Origin: Candidatus Latescibacterota bacterium
GTDB lineage: Bacteria > Latescibacterota > UBA2968 > GCA-2709665
NCBI GenBank assembly: GCA_965203805.1
Contig: OZ241917.1
Span: 4,480,001-4,544,000, forward strand
Length of the DNA stretch: 64,000 bases
Direction of reading: 5' to 3'
The notes below the pieces were generated by a model. That model worked only from the letters and a program-made list of their open reading frames with translations. It did not search any database and was not told the origin of the DNA. Made by a program: the position numbers and the translations under genes. Shown in pieces: positions 28,769 through 38,874 of this stretch. The first letter of the stretch is position 1. Each line of letters opens with the position of its first letter.

Positions 28769-31700
28769 ATGTCCGATACTCCGGGACGCAGCGCGCGAAG
28801 GCGTAAGCAGGAGTCGTACGATATCCAAATCGTGAACAAGGAGATCCCGGAGCTCAAGGACCTCTGCCTGGAGACGGACCTGTCGAAGGACGTGCTGGTC
28901 GTGCCGCCGGAGGGTAGGGGCGGAGAGCAGACGGGCCGGCGAATTGCGCAGGTTTTGGGAAGCGCGGCGGAGGTGCGGCCTGCGTCGGAGGTTGGCGAGA
29001 GCGATTGGGATTCCGCGCATATTGTGGCCGCGGGAAACGTGTTCAGCAACCGGGCGGTCCGGCGTCTGGGGATGAATTTCTACGCGTGGACCGACGAATA
29101 CTATCCGGGCGGGGACGGGTACGAAGTGAGAACGGTTCACAATCCCTTCGGGGCCGGCCGCAACGCGGTGCTCCTTGGCGGAAGTACGCCCGAAGGGGTC
29201 GAACGGGCGGTAGACGAGTTTCTCGAAGTTGTGGAAAGGGAGGGACCGCGCATTGGACGGATCAATCGGTCGGTATCGCGGCAGAACCCCGAGTCTTCCC
29301 CCACGGACGCCGAAGCGCGCAGGATTATCGATACCGTGAACGAACAGGTGGCGCTTTCGGGAAGCCAGGGTCCGCTTCGCCGCATGGTGGACCACGCCAT
29401 GCTGTATTATCTGTCCGGCGACGATGCCTGGGGCAGGATCTTCAGGGAGGAGTTCCTGTTCTTCATCGATCTGGCGCACGAAGTGGGCGACTGGTGTCTG
29501 TCGCAGGGGACCCACCTCTACTTCTGGATCTACAGGATGCTGACCGCCTGGGACGTGATGGAGGAGGGCGAGGTTTTGAGCGACGCGGACCGGCTGAAGA
29601 TGACGAACGCCATCTACAATATCATCCGGTGGACGTCCGAACTGACCCACTTCCGGTTCAAGTCGGTCGACGACGTGGTCCAGAACCAGAACCACCAGAG
29701 CTTTGCCGCGTTGAGTCTGTTTACCGGTGCGAGGTACTTCAGGAAGTATTACGGATTGACGGATTTCGACGACAAGCTGCCCCTGGCGCACCGGACGCTG
29801 GAATTGCATGCCAGATCGTACAAGCCGAACGACAACGCCGGTACCGGGTACGTGTGGATCACGCCCGGTCACCTGATCAAGTACGGGTTGATGACGGACG
29901 ATCTGTCGTACCTGGAAGACGGTCATCTCGCCCGCCTTCTGGACAGCGCGGTGCTGACCATCGACAGCCGGGGCGACGACTGCTCGTACGGCGACGTCGG
30001 CGCGTACCGGGCATCCCGCGCCAGCCGCCCGAGCGGCTTGCAGACCGCGGCGATCGGCACATGGTTCTACAACGACGGGCGCTACCGGTGGCTCTACGAC
30101 TGGATGGAGCAGGGGCAGGAGTGGAAGGATTCCTTCCAGCGGGACCGGAACTGGGGCATCGGCGGCTGGGAGGTGTACGACGGGTTCTTCTTCAAGGACG
30201 TTCCGCCCGTGGAGCCGGTGGAATTGCTCGGCGTGCGCGCCTCCATGCTGGATGCGGCTGCGCACGAATTTGCAAAGGACCGCGCCAGAAACACGGATCA
30301 GTACCACGGCGATCCCCTGATGGAATCGGACGTGCCCCTCGCCGAGGCATTCGACAAGCTCGCGTTCAGGCGGAGCTTCGACAGGCGCAGCGAATACCTG
30401 CTGATCGACGGCCCCACGGGGTTTTCCCATTCCCAGGAAGACGGCAACTCGATCATCCGCCTGTGCTGGAACGACCGGATCTGGCTGGCGGACCTGGACT
30501 ACATCCGTCGCCTCGCGAGATATCACAATACCGTGGTGATCGGGAAGGACGGTACGTGTTTTTCCAAGCCGTCGCAGGTGGCGCTCAGGGCGATCGAAGA
30601 TTTTGAGGACTGGGGGTTCAGCCGGACGGTTTCCCCCGGAGACAACGGCACGGACTGGGCGCGCAATATCTTCTGGCGCAAGGGATCGTATTTCCTGGTG
30701 ATCGATACGGTGATCGCGCTCGATCAGGGGGACTTCCTCCTGGACGCCATCTGGCGGGTGCTCGGGAACGTCGACGTCGAGGAAAACGTATTGAATCTGG
30801 AACAGGATGGGGAGCGCTTCCACCTTGTGAATGCCGACGCGTCCGAGAAGTCGCTGACGGACCGCGAGGCCGACTTCGCGCCGGACTGGGAGGCCAACTG
30901 GGAAAACTACGAACACGCCGACGGGACGGTTCGGATGTGGCACCAGAAGCAGCGGCTCACGTTGGATGCGGGCGAGCAGGCCGCCTTCGTCAACCTGTTG
31001 TATCCGTCCAATGCCGATATGGACCAGGCATTCGACCTGGAGCGTGCGGGCCCGTCCGTTGCGCGGGTACGGGACAGAGGTACCGGTGCGTGCCAGATGG
31101 CGGGGGTCGGGGCCTACGCGTCCGGGGAATTGCGCGTGGACGCGGAACTGTTCCGGATCGACGGCAGCGGGTTCGCGCTGGTGGAGGGGACCTCCCTCGC
31201 GTGGGAGGGCCCGCTGTTCAGGAGTTGGGCGCCGGTGTCGGTTGAGTTGGACCTCGCGCGGGGAGAGGGGATTGTTGAATCCCGTACGGAGACCCGGGTG
31301 GGCATCCGCGCCGAGGCGGTCGACGTGGACGGCGAACGGATGACCGGCGGAGGCGAGGGAAAGCTGCTCTGGTTCACGCTATCGGCCGGACGTCATCGCC
31401 TGCAGGTCTCCCCTTCAGGCGAGGCGGTCTTCGACCAGGTGTTTCGAGACGCGGTTCCCTGCGACGAGCCCGCCGTAAGCGTAGCCACGGCGCCCGATCC
31501 AGGCGCGGGGCTGGCGCCGCTGTGGTCCCTTCAGGCCGGCGCGGCCGTGACCACGGCGGCCTCGGATGCATCGGGCGGCACACTGGTCGGCACAGCCGCG
31601 GGTGACGTTCGCCTGCTTGGCGTCGACGGCGGCGAAAAGTGGTCGTTCCGATGCAAGGGCGGAGTGCGCGCCGTGCACCTGGAGGACATCGACGGAGACG

Positions 31701-32635
31701 GCGAATCGGAGGCTATTGTCGGTACGCGCGACTGCTGGTTGCACGTGCTGAATGGCGGAGGCGACGTCCGCTGGGAGCACGAGTTTCCGCCGGGAAGCGG
31801 GATGCGGCCGCAAAGGCTGACGACCCTGTCCACGGCGGACCTGGACGGGGATGGCCGGCGCCAGATTCTGGCCGGCGCGGAGGGTTGGCTGTTCCACGCG
31901 TTCGAGGCGGATGGAACGCTGAGGTGGCAGACGGAGACCCACTATCACTGCATAACCGGATGCCTGTCCGTGGACCTGGACGGCGACGGGCGGGACGAGA
32001 TGCTGGTCGGCACGGAGTACTACACGATCAACTGCCTGAACCCGGACGGGACGGCGCGGTGGCGGCGGAGCACGGGCTGCGTCTCACCGACCATTCTCGC
32101 GGCCGATCTGGACGGCGACGGCTCAATCGAGGTGGTCTACGGGGACTGGCGGGCCGTCAACGCGGCGTCGAGCGGGGAGCTGTTCGGCCAGACCGGATTG
32201 GGCGGCAGCGGCAAGTTCGCGGGGCCGGGGACCTACGGCAGCCGTCCCGGCAGGATGGGTGCCCTCTCATGGCGCGTGAATATGGGTGGCGAGGTGGAGG
32301 ATATCGCCCTGGCGGACTTGGACGGCGACGGAAATCCGGAGGTGATCGCCGGCAGCGACGTGGGGCAACTGGTCTGCATCGCGGGCGACGGCAACGTCGT
32401 CTGGCGGCGCGACCTGGTGGACAAGATCACGTGGCTGACAACCGTCGACCGCGGCACAGAGGTGAAGATCCTGGTGGGTTTCGAAACAGGGGAAATCCGG
32501 ACGTTCGACGAGAATGGCGATCTTGCCGCCGTGGATCGGGTGGATGGGGAAGTCACGCATCTTCGAGCCGCCGGCGACACGGTCGTGTGTGCGACGTCCG
32601 CGGGTACCGTGACGGCGTTCCGTCCGGTGTCGTGA
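28769..32635 (+). CDS. Large heparinase II/III-like protein with FG-GAP beta-propeller (paralog 3)
   Basis: YPGGDGYEVRTVHNPFGAG, QNHQS and SHSQEDGN motifs; five D(L/I)DGDG repeats. Start is 28760 or 28769. Confidence 0.75.
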   Translation: MSDTPGRSARRRKQESYDIQIVNKEIPELKDLCLETDLSKDVLVVPPEGRGGEQTGRRIAQVLGSAAEVRPASEVGESDWDSAHIVAAGNVFSNRAVRRLGMNFYAWTDEYYPGGDGYEVRTVHNPFGAGRNAVLLGGSTPEGVERAVDEFLEVVEREGPRIGRINRSVSRQNPESSPTDAEARRIIDTVNEQVALSGSQGPLRRMVDHAMLYYLSGDDAWGRIFREEFLFFIDLAHEVGDWCLSQGTHLYFWIYRMLTAWDVMEEGEVLSDADRLKMTNAIYNIIRWTSELTHFRFKSVDDVVQNQNHQSFAALSLFTGARYFRKYYGLTDFDDKLPLAHRTLELHARSYKPNDNAGTGYVWITPGHLIKYGLMTDDLSYLEDGHLARLLDSAVLTIDSRGDDCSYGDVGAYRASRASRPSGLQTAAIGTWFYNDGRYRWLYDWMEQGQEWKDSFQRDRNWGIGGWEVYDGFFFKDVPPVEPVELLGVRASMLDAAAHEFAKDRARNTDQYHGDPLMESDVPLAEAFDKLAFRRSFDRRSEYLLIDGPTGFSHSQEDGNSIIRLCWNDRIWLADLDYIRRLARYHNTVVIGKDGTCFSKPSQVALRAIEDFEDWGFSRTVSPGDNGTDWARNIFWRKGSYFLVIDTVIALDQGDFLLDAIWRVLGNVDVEENVLNLEQDGERFHLVNADASEKSLTDREADFAPDWEANWENYEHADGTVRMWHQKQRLTLDAGEQAAFVNLLYPSNADMDQAFDLERAGPSVARVRDRGTGACQMAGVGAYASGELRVDAELFRIDGSGFALVEGTSLAWEGPLFRSWAPVSVELDLARGEGIVESRTETRVGIRAEAVDVDGERMTGGGEGKLLWFTLSAGRHRLQVSPSGEAVFDQVFRDAVPCDEPAVSVATAPDPGAGLAPLWSLQAGAAVTTAASDASGGTLVGTAAGDVRLLGVDGGEKWSFRCKGGVRAVHLEDIDGDGESEAIVGTRDCWLHVLNGGGDVRWEHEFPPGSGMRPQRLTTLSTADLDGDGRRQILAGAEGWLFHAFEADGTLRWQTETHYHCITGCLSVDLDGDGRDEMLVGTEYYTINCLNPDGTARWRRSTGCVSPTILAADLDGDGSIEVVYGDWRAVNAASSGELFGQTGLGGSGKFAGPGTYGSRPGRMGALSWRVNMGGEVEDIALADLDGDGNPEVIAGSDVGQLVCIAGDGNVVWRRDLVDKITWLTTVDRGTEVKILVGFETGEIRTFDENGDLAAVDRVDGEVTHLRAAGDTVVCATSAGTVTAFRPVS

Positions 32636-32709
32636 GTCAACGGCGACGGCGAATCCGTCGCTGAGTCAAGGCGTAACGGGAATCATGATCACGGCGTGAG
32701 AGGCCGCAT

Positions 32710-33573
32710 ATGGCCGGGCTGAGCGATAGACAGCTTTCCACCTATCTCAACGACGGCTGCCTTCTGCTGGAAGACGTGCTGGCGCACGCGGACCTGCAGC
32801 CGCTGATCGACGACATCAACGCGGGGATCGATCGGAAGGCGCGGGAGGCCGTTGTACTCGGTCTTCTGCGTGATCCGTTCGACGGCGCGCCCTTCGACCG
32901 GAGGCTCGCACGCATCAGCGAGGCCATGGACGATTCGTCGGAGATCGAGCGGGGGGTAACGGGGAAGCGCCTGAAGACGGCAGGGATGTTTTCGCTGATC
33001 ACGCACCCGGCGATCCTGGACATCGTGGAGTCGATCATCGGGCCCGAGATCCTGGCCCATCCCCAGTTCAACTGCCAGGCGAAAATGCCCAACGAAACCC
33101 GGTCGCAGATCCCCTGGCACCAGGACCTGGGGTTCCTGCATCCCGAGGCGGAAGCGACGTTTATGGTCAACTTCTGGATTCCGCTGGTGGACGTAACCGT
33201 TGAAAACGGGTGCCTGGCGGTAATCCCGGGGAGCCATCGGGCCGGTCTGATGCCGCACGGAGCGGTCCGAGGTTATCCGAACGAGGGAATCCAGGAAGGG
33301 TACGTACCGGTCGGGCGGCAGGTCCCCTGTCCCGTGCGAAAGGGAGGCGTGGTGGTGTTCCAGCACAAGACCGCGCACCGCTCGTTCCCGAACCGGACGG
33401 ACCGAATCCGGTGGAGCGTGGACGTCCGTTATTCCGATCCTTCAATGCCAACGGGGCGTGACGAAGTGCCGGGATTTGTGGCGCGCAGCCATGCCCACCC
33501 CGAGCGTGCGGCGAAGTCCCACCTGGACTGGCAGAAACGGATGCAGGGGGTGGATGAGCTTCTCTACGAATAG
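32710..33573 (+). CDS. PhyH family dioxygenase
   Basis: PWHQD, ENGCLAVIPGSH and HRS...RWSVDVRY motifs. Confidence 0.92.
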   Translation: MAGLSDRQLSTYLNDGCLLLEDVLAHADLQPLIDDINAGIDRKAREAVVLGLLRDPFDGAPFDRRLARISEAMDDSSEIERGVTGKRLKTAGMFSLITHPAILDIVESIIGPEILAHPQFNCQAKMPNETRSQIPWHQDLGFLHPEAEATFMVNFWIPLVDVTVENGCLAVIPGSHRAGLMPHGAVRGYPNEGIQEGYVPVGRQVPCPVRKGGVVVFQHKTAHRSFPNRTDRIRWSVDVRYSDPSMPTGRDEVPGFVARSHAHPERAAKSHLDWQKRMQGVDELLYE

Positions 33574-33578
33574 CGCCG

Positions 33579-34412
33579 TTACGCGGGAACCGGAAAATCG
33601 GGCTTGCCATAAAACATATGGTGAAACGCCTGCCAGAAGGACTCGCCCCTGCACCGGATCGTAAAGTCGTCCACGCGCTCAATCCCTTCCCGCTCGGACC
33701 GTTGATTGGGTTCGGGACGCGTCATCTCTACCGCCACGGGGCTATTTGCAAGAAGCGGTTCGATGTTTTTCGCGACCGCCACGGCTTCCTGAACGCGCGC
33801 CTTGATCAGTTCGCGGGCATCTGCCGGCGCCATGTGGAGGGCGCATAATTCTCCCAGACCTTCCTTTACAGGCGCCGTGACAATGCCGCTGACCCAGCGC
33901 TCGGATTCGGCGCACGCGTGAAGATCGCCCGATGTAAAGACCCAGGGAATGCCCAGATGTCCGCACAGATACGCGGCCATTTCCATTTCGCCGACTTCGG
34001 CGCCATTGACGCGATAGATCGTATCGCGGCTCATCGAGTGGGCGAGGCATCCGCTGGGCGTGCCGGTCATCGCGTGCATGCCGACCTGGATCAATGCGTC
34101 AATTCCGGGCGATAGGCCCGGCAACCAGCACGGCCGATTGACACCCTGCACCAGTTTCACGCCCGAGACCAATTCTTCCGACAGAATTGTGCGGCCCGCC
34201 CCGTGCGCGTCATTGATGATCACTTCTTCGACACCGGCTGCAAACAGGCCGTCGGCTGCGGCGTTGACTTCGCCCGTCAACAGGCGCTGCATCTCGGCGC
34301 GGTCGTACACGCCTTTCGCCGTTGTGGCATCTTCCCGGTGCCTCGGGTCCCAGTCATCGACGCCTGCGACGCCTTCCAGATCGGTCATCATATATACGGA
34401 TTTCACGACCAT
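33579..34412 (-). CDS. M55 family (DppA-like) D-aminopeptidase
   Basis: TDLEGVAGV, INDAHG, GMHA and LAHS motifs; AGGAG RBS before ATG 34412. Confidence 0.9.
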   Translation of the reverse strand: MVVKSVYMMTDLEGVAGVDDWDPRHREDATTAKGVYDRAEMQRLLTGEVNAAADGLFAAGVEEVIINDAHGAGRTILSEELVSGVKLVQGVNRPCWLPGLSPGIDALIQVGMHAMTGTPSGCLAHSMSRDTIYRVNGAEVGEMEMAAYLCGHLGIPWVFTSGDLHACAESERWVSGIVTAPVKEGLGELCALHMAPADARELIKARVQEAVAVAKNIEPLLANSPVAVEMTRPEPNQRSEREGIERVDDFTIRCRGESFWQAFHHMFYGKPDFPVPA

Positions 34413-34470
34413 TGGATTCTCCTGCTTTTTGGATTTCTCGGCGATCTCTTGCATTGGAGGGATGCGGTTG

Positions 34471-36291
34471 TCAGCCTCCCGCGTGCGCCAGGGCCTTGTC
34501 GACCCTTTCGGTCCAGGGGTCGGCGACGCGGGCTTCGTATCTCCCGTCGTTGAAGTAGGCGGACTTGGGCATATTGCGGTCTTCCAGGATCGCCCGGCGA
34601 TGCGACTTCCTGAGGCGCGGCCTGAGTCTACGAAGGCCGGCGGCCTTCCGGCTCGCTTCGGGCCCGGCAGACATTGCGCATACTTCGTCGGCGACATGCC
34701 AGCCGCGGATGAGGGTTGCGGGAAAGGGGAACCAGCGGCGGATGGTGGCGATTCTCAGCCGGACGAGCGGGTCCCGCGTGGCGTTATAGGCGCGGCCGAG
34801 GGTGGTTTCCAGGGTGTCCACGTCGTCGGTGGTGAAACAGTCGACCTGGTCGTAAAGTCCACGGAGTCCCTGGAACCACCGCCCCGGCCGGGGGCGGCGC
34901 CAGATGGTCTCGAGGCAATCGTAAAAGGCGCGGACTTCACCGGCGGCGCCCCGATACAGGCGCGTGAAGAATTCATCGAGGAGCTTTTCCGGGTCCTGGT
35001 CGGCGTTCCACCAGAGCTTGGATGCCAGCCAGATCTGCGGTCCGAAGCCGGGCCAGTGAGGGTAGGCTTCAGCGTAGAAGCCCTTGACCCCGGCCTGGTA
35101 CTGAAACTTGATGTCGTCGGCCATCAGGCCCGGGAAATAGCGCGGCAGCACCCAGCCCAGGCCGTAGTAGTCGTATTTGCAGACGTGGTCGCACTGCTTG
35201 AGCCATGAGAGGATGAACTCACGGTCTTTGTCCCGGTACTCCGGATCCAGGTGCTGCGCCGTGTCCTGCGTGAGATAGATGGCCGCGTTGGGCTCCAGGC
35301 GATCGATGCGCTTCGGAGTCTCCTCCACGTTGTGGTAGGCCAGGCACCCCACGAATTTTCCGGGGTGGGATTCCTGCAGGGCGCGGGCGACCGTGTTGAA
35401 ATAGGTGAACCACCGGTCGGAGTAGATCGGACGTCCCCGGAATTCCAGACCGGGAATATCCAGCGCGCGGCAGTTATCGCACAGGCAGAAGTTCCCGTTG
35501 TCGTTCATCCCCAGCGAGAAACAGTGCGCCTCGGGGTGTTCGTCAAAATAGGCTCGCGTGGCCCTGATCGTGATATCCACGACCTCGGGGTTGCTGGTGC
35601 AGGGCTGTCCGAACAGGCCGTTGCTCACGTTGTCGCTCTCGGGTACGAGGCGCTCCCCGTCGATGAGCGCGTAGTACTCCGGATTCGTCTTTCCATATCG
35701 GGCGACGGGAAAGATCTTGTACAGGGCGTGGTGGAAACCCGCATAGGGCAGTTCGTGCCGCCGGCTGGAGACGCGGTTGCGGCTCTCCCACCGATGTCCC
35801 TCCGATCCGGCGATTCCGCTGAACACGCGGAAGAGGAAGTGGGGCGTCTTCGTTTCGTCGACAGGCGCGATTTTGAGCGTGGTTTGCACCGGGACGTCTT
35901 CGAAGAGCTCGCCGGGCATGAACCAGCGTACGCCCAGGTGGTCTTCCAGAAAGCCGTATACGCCGTATACAGTGCCGGCTTCGCTGCCGCCGAGGATGAA
36001 AAGGTCCCTGCCGGCGGTATGGATGCGGTAGCCCTCCACGCCGGCGTCTCCGGCATCCAGGTTCAGCTTTCGAGCGTACGCGGTGGCTCCCACGTGAATG
36101 GCTGTTCTCCCGCGGGGCGCGGGTTTTCCGCTGTCGGTACCCATCGGGGGCGACATCCCGATGATTTTCTCCAGGATGGCCTGCAGGTCCGCGGCGGCGT
36201 CGCGAAGCGCGTCTCCGGCGCCATCGGGCACGACGATGGTGCTGCGTGGCTGACCGTTGTCCGCCAGGGTGAGGGTTCTGTATCGGCGCAT
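34471..36291 (-). CDS. DUF4838 domain protein (glycoside hydrolase-like)
   Basis: YGVYGFLEDHLGVRWFMPG, PEYYALIDG, QPCTSNPEV and ND...CLCDNC motifs. Confidence 0.85.
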   Translation of the reverse strand: MRRYRTLTLADNGQPRSTIVVPDGAGDALRDAAADLQAILEKIIGMSPPMGTDSGKPAPRGRTAIHVGATAYARKLNLDAGDAGVEGYRIHTAGRDLFILGGSEAGTVYGVYGFLEDHLGVRWFMPGELFEDVPVQTTLKIAPVDETKTPHFLFRVFSGIAGSEGHRWESRNRVSSRRHELPYAGFHHALYKIFPVARYGKTNPEYYALIDGERLVPESDNVSNGLFGQPCTSNPEVVDITIRATRAYFDEHPEAHCFSLGMNDNGNFCLCDNCRALDIPGLEFRGRPIYSDRWFTYFNTVARALQESHPGKFVGCLAYHNVEETPKRIDRLEPNAAIYLTQDTAQHLDPEYRDKDREFILSWLKQCDHVCKYDYYGLGWVLPRYFPGLMADDIKFQYQAGVKGFYAEAYPHWPGFGPQIWLASKLWWNADQDPEKLLDEFFTRLYRGAAGEVRAFYDCLETIWRRPRPGRWFQGLRGLYDQVDCFTTDDVDTLETTLGRAYNATRDPLVRLRIATIRRWFPFPATLIRGWHVADEVCAMSAGPEASRKAAGLRRLRPRLRKSHRRAILEDRNMPKSAYFNDGRYEARVADPWTERVDKALAHAGG

Positions 36292-36292
36292 G

Positions 36293-37543
36293 TCAGTTTC
36301 CCCCCTGCTGAGGTTGAGGATGGGGCGGTTTGTCTGTCTGAAGGAACCGTGGGGTCAGGCGACGGCTGATTTCCGGATAGACGGCGATGAAGTGGTCCCG
36401 CATGGTTGGAAACTGAAACGCCTCGGCGGTTTCGAATTCTGTTTCCAGATCCTGTTTCCGGGGCATGTGGCAGTCGATGCAGTTGGACTGCATCGCGTCA
36501 CCGAGTTCGGCCGACAACCCGCAGACGTGGGTCTGGTGGCATGCGGCGCAGCGCCCGGAGAACAGGGCCAGGTTTCCACGCTCCAGGGCGTGCGGGTCGT
36601 GGCAGGTGATGCACGTCATCGCCTTACTTTGCTGGAAACACTTCGATTTGGTCAGACGCGGCAGCTGGTTGGTGCTGTGGACGCCGATTCTGTTCTGTTC
36701 TTCGTGGGCTTCCAGTTCGAGATAATCGCTCAGACGCTCGCCGGGACGGAAGGAAAAGGGCCGCTGAAGCGGATTGCCCACGCCGGAATGGCACTGCGCG
36801 CAGAGGTCGATCAATCGCGGAGGGTCCAGCGTGCCGGGGTGCAGGATGTGGGGCATTTCCTTCGCATCGGGATTGGCGCGCTGATAGGCCGCGTGGTCCT
36901 CGCCGGGCCCGTGACACCGCTCGCATGAGACGCCAAGAACCAGGTGGTCCCTGTTGTATGCGTTACTGGAATAGGATTCCGATTCGGAATAGGTCGTATG
37001 ACATTCAAGGCATCGGGGGACAACGCCGCGTGAGAAGTTCACCTCGCCGTCCGGATAGCCCGGGCTGTTAATCCACCGGTGCTGCTGCGTGAAGTAGGAA
37101 ATGGGGAGTTGATAAAGGCGGTCGCCCTGCCAGAAGAGATAGGTCTGGCCGATTTTTCCGGATCCGGTGACAATGTCGATGCGTTCGGTCCGCCGGTAGG
37201 TACCGTCTCCCTGTCCGATAATCGCCGTCTGATAGAATCCATCTGCCGTGGCGGTGATTTCGAAGCGGAGATTGGGGTTCCGGGTCCGGACGATGGCGTG
37301 GTCGGGAGAGAAGCTGCCGAGAATCGCTTCGGCATGGGGCAGGCGTGAGGTGAGGTGGTGGGCGGTGCGCCGGAACGTCTCGAACCGGTCCCGGTGACAC
37401 TCCGCGCAGGCCTGCGCGCCGATGTAGCCAGGTGAACGGGTTTCGCCGCCCGCGTCTCCGGCGTTTCCGAAAAGTAACGGACCGCCCAGCCCCATGCATG
37501 CCGCAGAGGCGAGAAGCACCGATCTGAAGAGAACCCTTGCCAT
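36293..37543 (-). CDS. Multiheme c-type cytochrome (c554/c552-like), 7 CxxCH
   Basis: Signal peptide; CAECH, CLECH, CERCH, CAQCH, CITCH, CAACH and CIDCH. Confidence 0.9.
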   Translation of the reverse strand: MARVLFRSVLLASAACMGLGGPLLFGNAGDAGGETRSPGYIGAQACAECHRDRFETFRRTAHHLTSRLPHAEAILGSFSPDHAIVRTRNPNLRFEITATADGFYQTAIIGQGDGTYRRTERIDIVTGSGKIGQTYLFWQGDRLYQLPISYFTQQHRWINSPGYPDGEVNFSRGVVPRCLECHTTYSESESYSSNAYNRDHLVLGVSCERCHGPGEDHAAYQRANPDAKEMPHILHPGTLDPPRLIDLCAQCHSGVGNPLQRPFSFRPGERLSDYLELEAHEEQNRIGVHSTNQLPRLTKSKCFQQSKAMTCITCHDPHALERGNLALFSGRCAACHQTHVCGLSAELGDAMQSNCIDCHMPRKQDLETEFETAEAFQFPTMRDHFIAVYPEISRRLTPRFLQTDKPPHPQPQQGGN

Positions 37544-37635
37544 CGCCCTGCCATTTCGATTGGAAGGTGGGAGGGTTTCTCAAACCGTACGCCTTCCACG
37601 TGCGGATGTCAAACGAAAACGCAAAAGGCGGCGTT

Positions 37636-38631
37636 ATGTCGAAGACACGGATTGCGAATCGACGGTCCTGCCGGGTCGCCACCGGCGTTCCCCTCGCGAA
37701 GGCGGTTGTCGTCGCCGCGCTGAGTTGGGTTGTAATCCCCCTGCCGTTGAACGCGCAGGGTCAGGACGGGTTCTATCTGCGGGGCGATTTTGGCGACTCG
37801 GACGCGCTGACCGTTCGGGGGAGCATCGAGGGCGTCGATCAGCCGACGCGTTGCGACCGGCTGCTGCATCCCGATGCGGCCACGATCCCGCGCGAGCCGG
37901 CATGCTCCGGAGTCGCATCCGGCGTGCTCGCGACAGTGGAATTTGATCAGGGCGCAGAGACGATGACCAGCGCAACCGCTCTCGCGGTGGGGTACTCCCG
38001 TGGTTGGCTCCGGCTGGAAGCCGAACTGAGCAATACGGTACTGGGCGCAACCTCGGCGCCGCTGTTGGACGTTGGCCGGCTGGCGCCGGAAAGAGTGAAT
38101 GAGTGGAGCGCGGTCGAACAACCTCGAGCCAGAATTTCGGGGTTCAACGTCACGGACATGTTCGTGAACGTACTCCTTGACTTCAACAATTCTTCGCGCT
38201 TCACCCCGTTCGTCGGCGGTGGAGGCGGCGTGTCCAATGTCATTCTCGTCTTTGACGGTTTGCGGGCGCGACGAACGCTCGCCAACGGATTCGCTCCGGC
38301 CGGCGGCGTCGATCCGTCCTCGGACGCCGCAATCCCCGCATGGCAGACACGGGCCGCGGGCACGACCGATGCCGCGTCGCTCCCATTGGCAGAATCGACG
38401 CAGGGATCGAATCTGATCGGCGGGGTGGCGTTTAAAGCGAACGAGCGATTCAGCATCGCGCTCCGGGGGCGCTATGCCCGTTACCGGGACGTCCGGAAGC
38501 AGGGAAAGTGGGACCTGGTGCGAAGTCACTCGCCGGTGCTCGCGGACGGGACGACGCCGGCGACTTTCGACCTGGTGCTCAGTGGCATCGTGTTCTATGC
38601 GGTCACCGTCTCGTTCGCGTATGACATCTGA
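37636..38631 (+). CDS. Outer-membrane beta-barrel (opacity/porin-like) protein
   Basis: Signal peptide; GFYLRG, AVGY..GWLRLEAE, RFTPFVGGGGG and terminal FAYDI. Start uncertain (37537, 37606 or 37636). Confidence 0.7.
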   Translation: MSKTRIANRRSCRVATGVPLAKAVVVAALSWVVIPLPLNAQGQDGFYLRGDFGDSDALTVRGSIEGVDQPTRCDRLLHPDAATIPREPACSGVASGVLATVEFDQGAETMTSATALAVGYSRGWLRLEAELSNTVLGATSAPLLDVGRLAPERVNEWSAVEQPRARISGFNVTDMFVNVLLDFNNSSRFTPFVGGGGGVSNVILVFDGLRARRTLANGFAPAGGVDPSSDAAIPAWQTRAAGTTDAASLPLAESTQGSNLIGGVAFKANERFSIALRGRYARYRDVRKQGKWDLVRSHSPVLADGTTPATFDLVLSGIVFYAVTVSFAYDI

Positions 38632-38874
38632 ACGGAGGTCCGTTTCCGGAAGAAGGTGTGGACGAACCAGACCCGAAATCGCCTGCGGGTCGAATAATTC
38701 GTCCGAGGGCCAGATAGGCTCACGGAGCCCGGCAGGAAGGTATCGGAGTTCGCTGGAAGTGGACTCCAAAATCGCGAAGGGAGTGCTACATGTTGAAAGT
38801 GCGAATTGTGGTTGCGTCGCGCCTGGTAACTATCGTGACGTCGGCTTGATTGCCATTTTGACCCTGAATATGGA

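Noticed and set aside
2273-30943. Very long antisense ORFs (e.g. 2273..4486, 4604..6976, 7995..9728, 20852..22885, 28502..30943)
   Set aside because: Shadow frames of GC-rich genes: no motifs, Arg/Pro/His-rich composition, and the opposite strand has recognisable proteins.
33579-34697. 372-aa version of the M55 peptidase
   Set aside because: The extension overlaps DUF4838; RBS and family start support ATG 34412.
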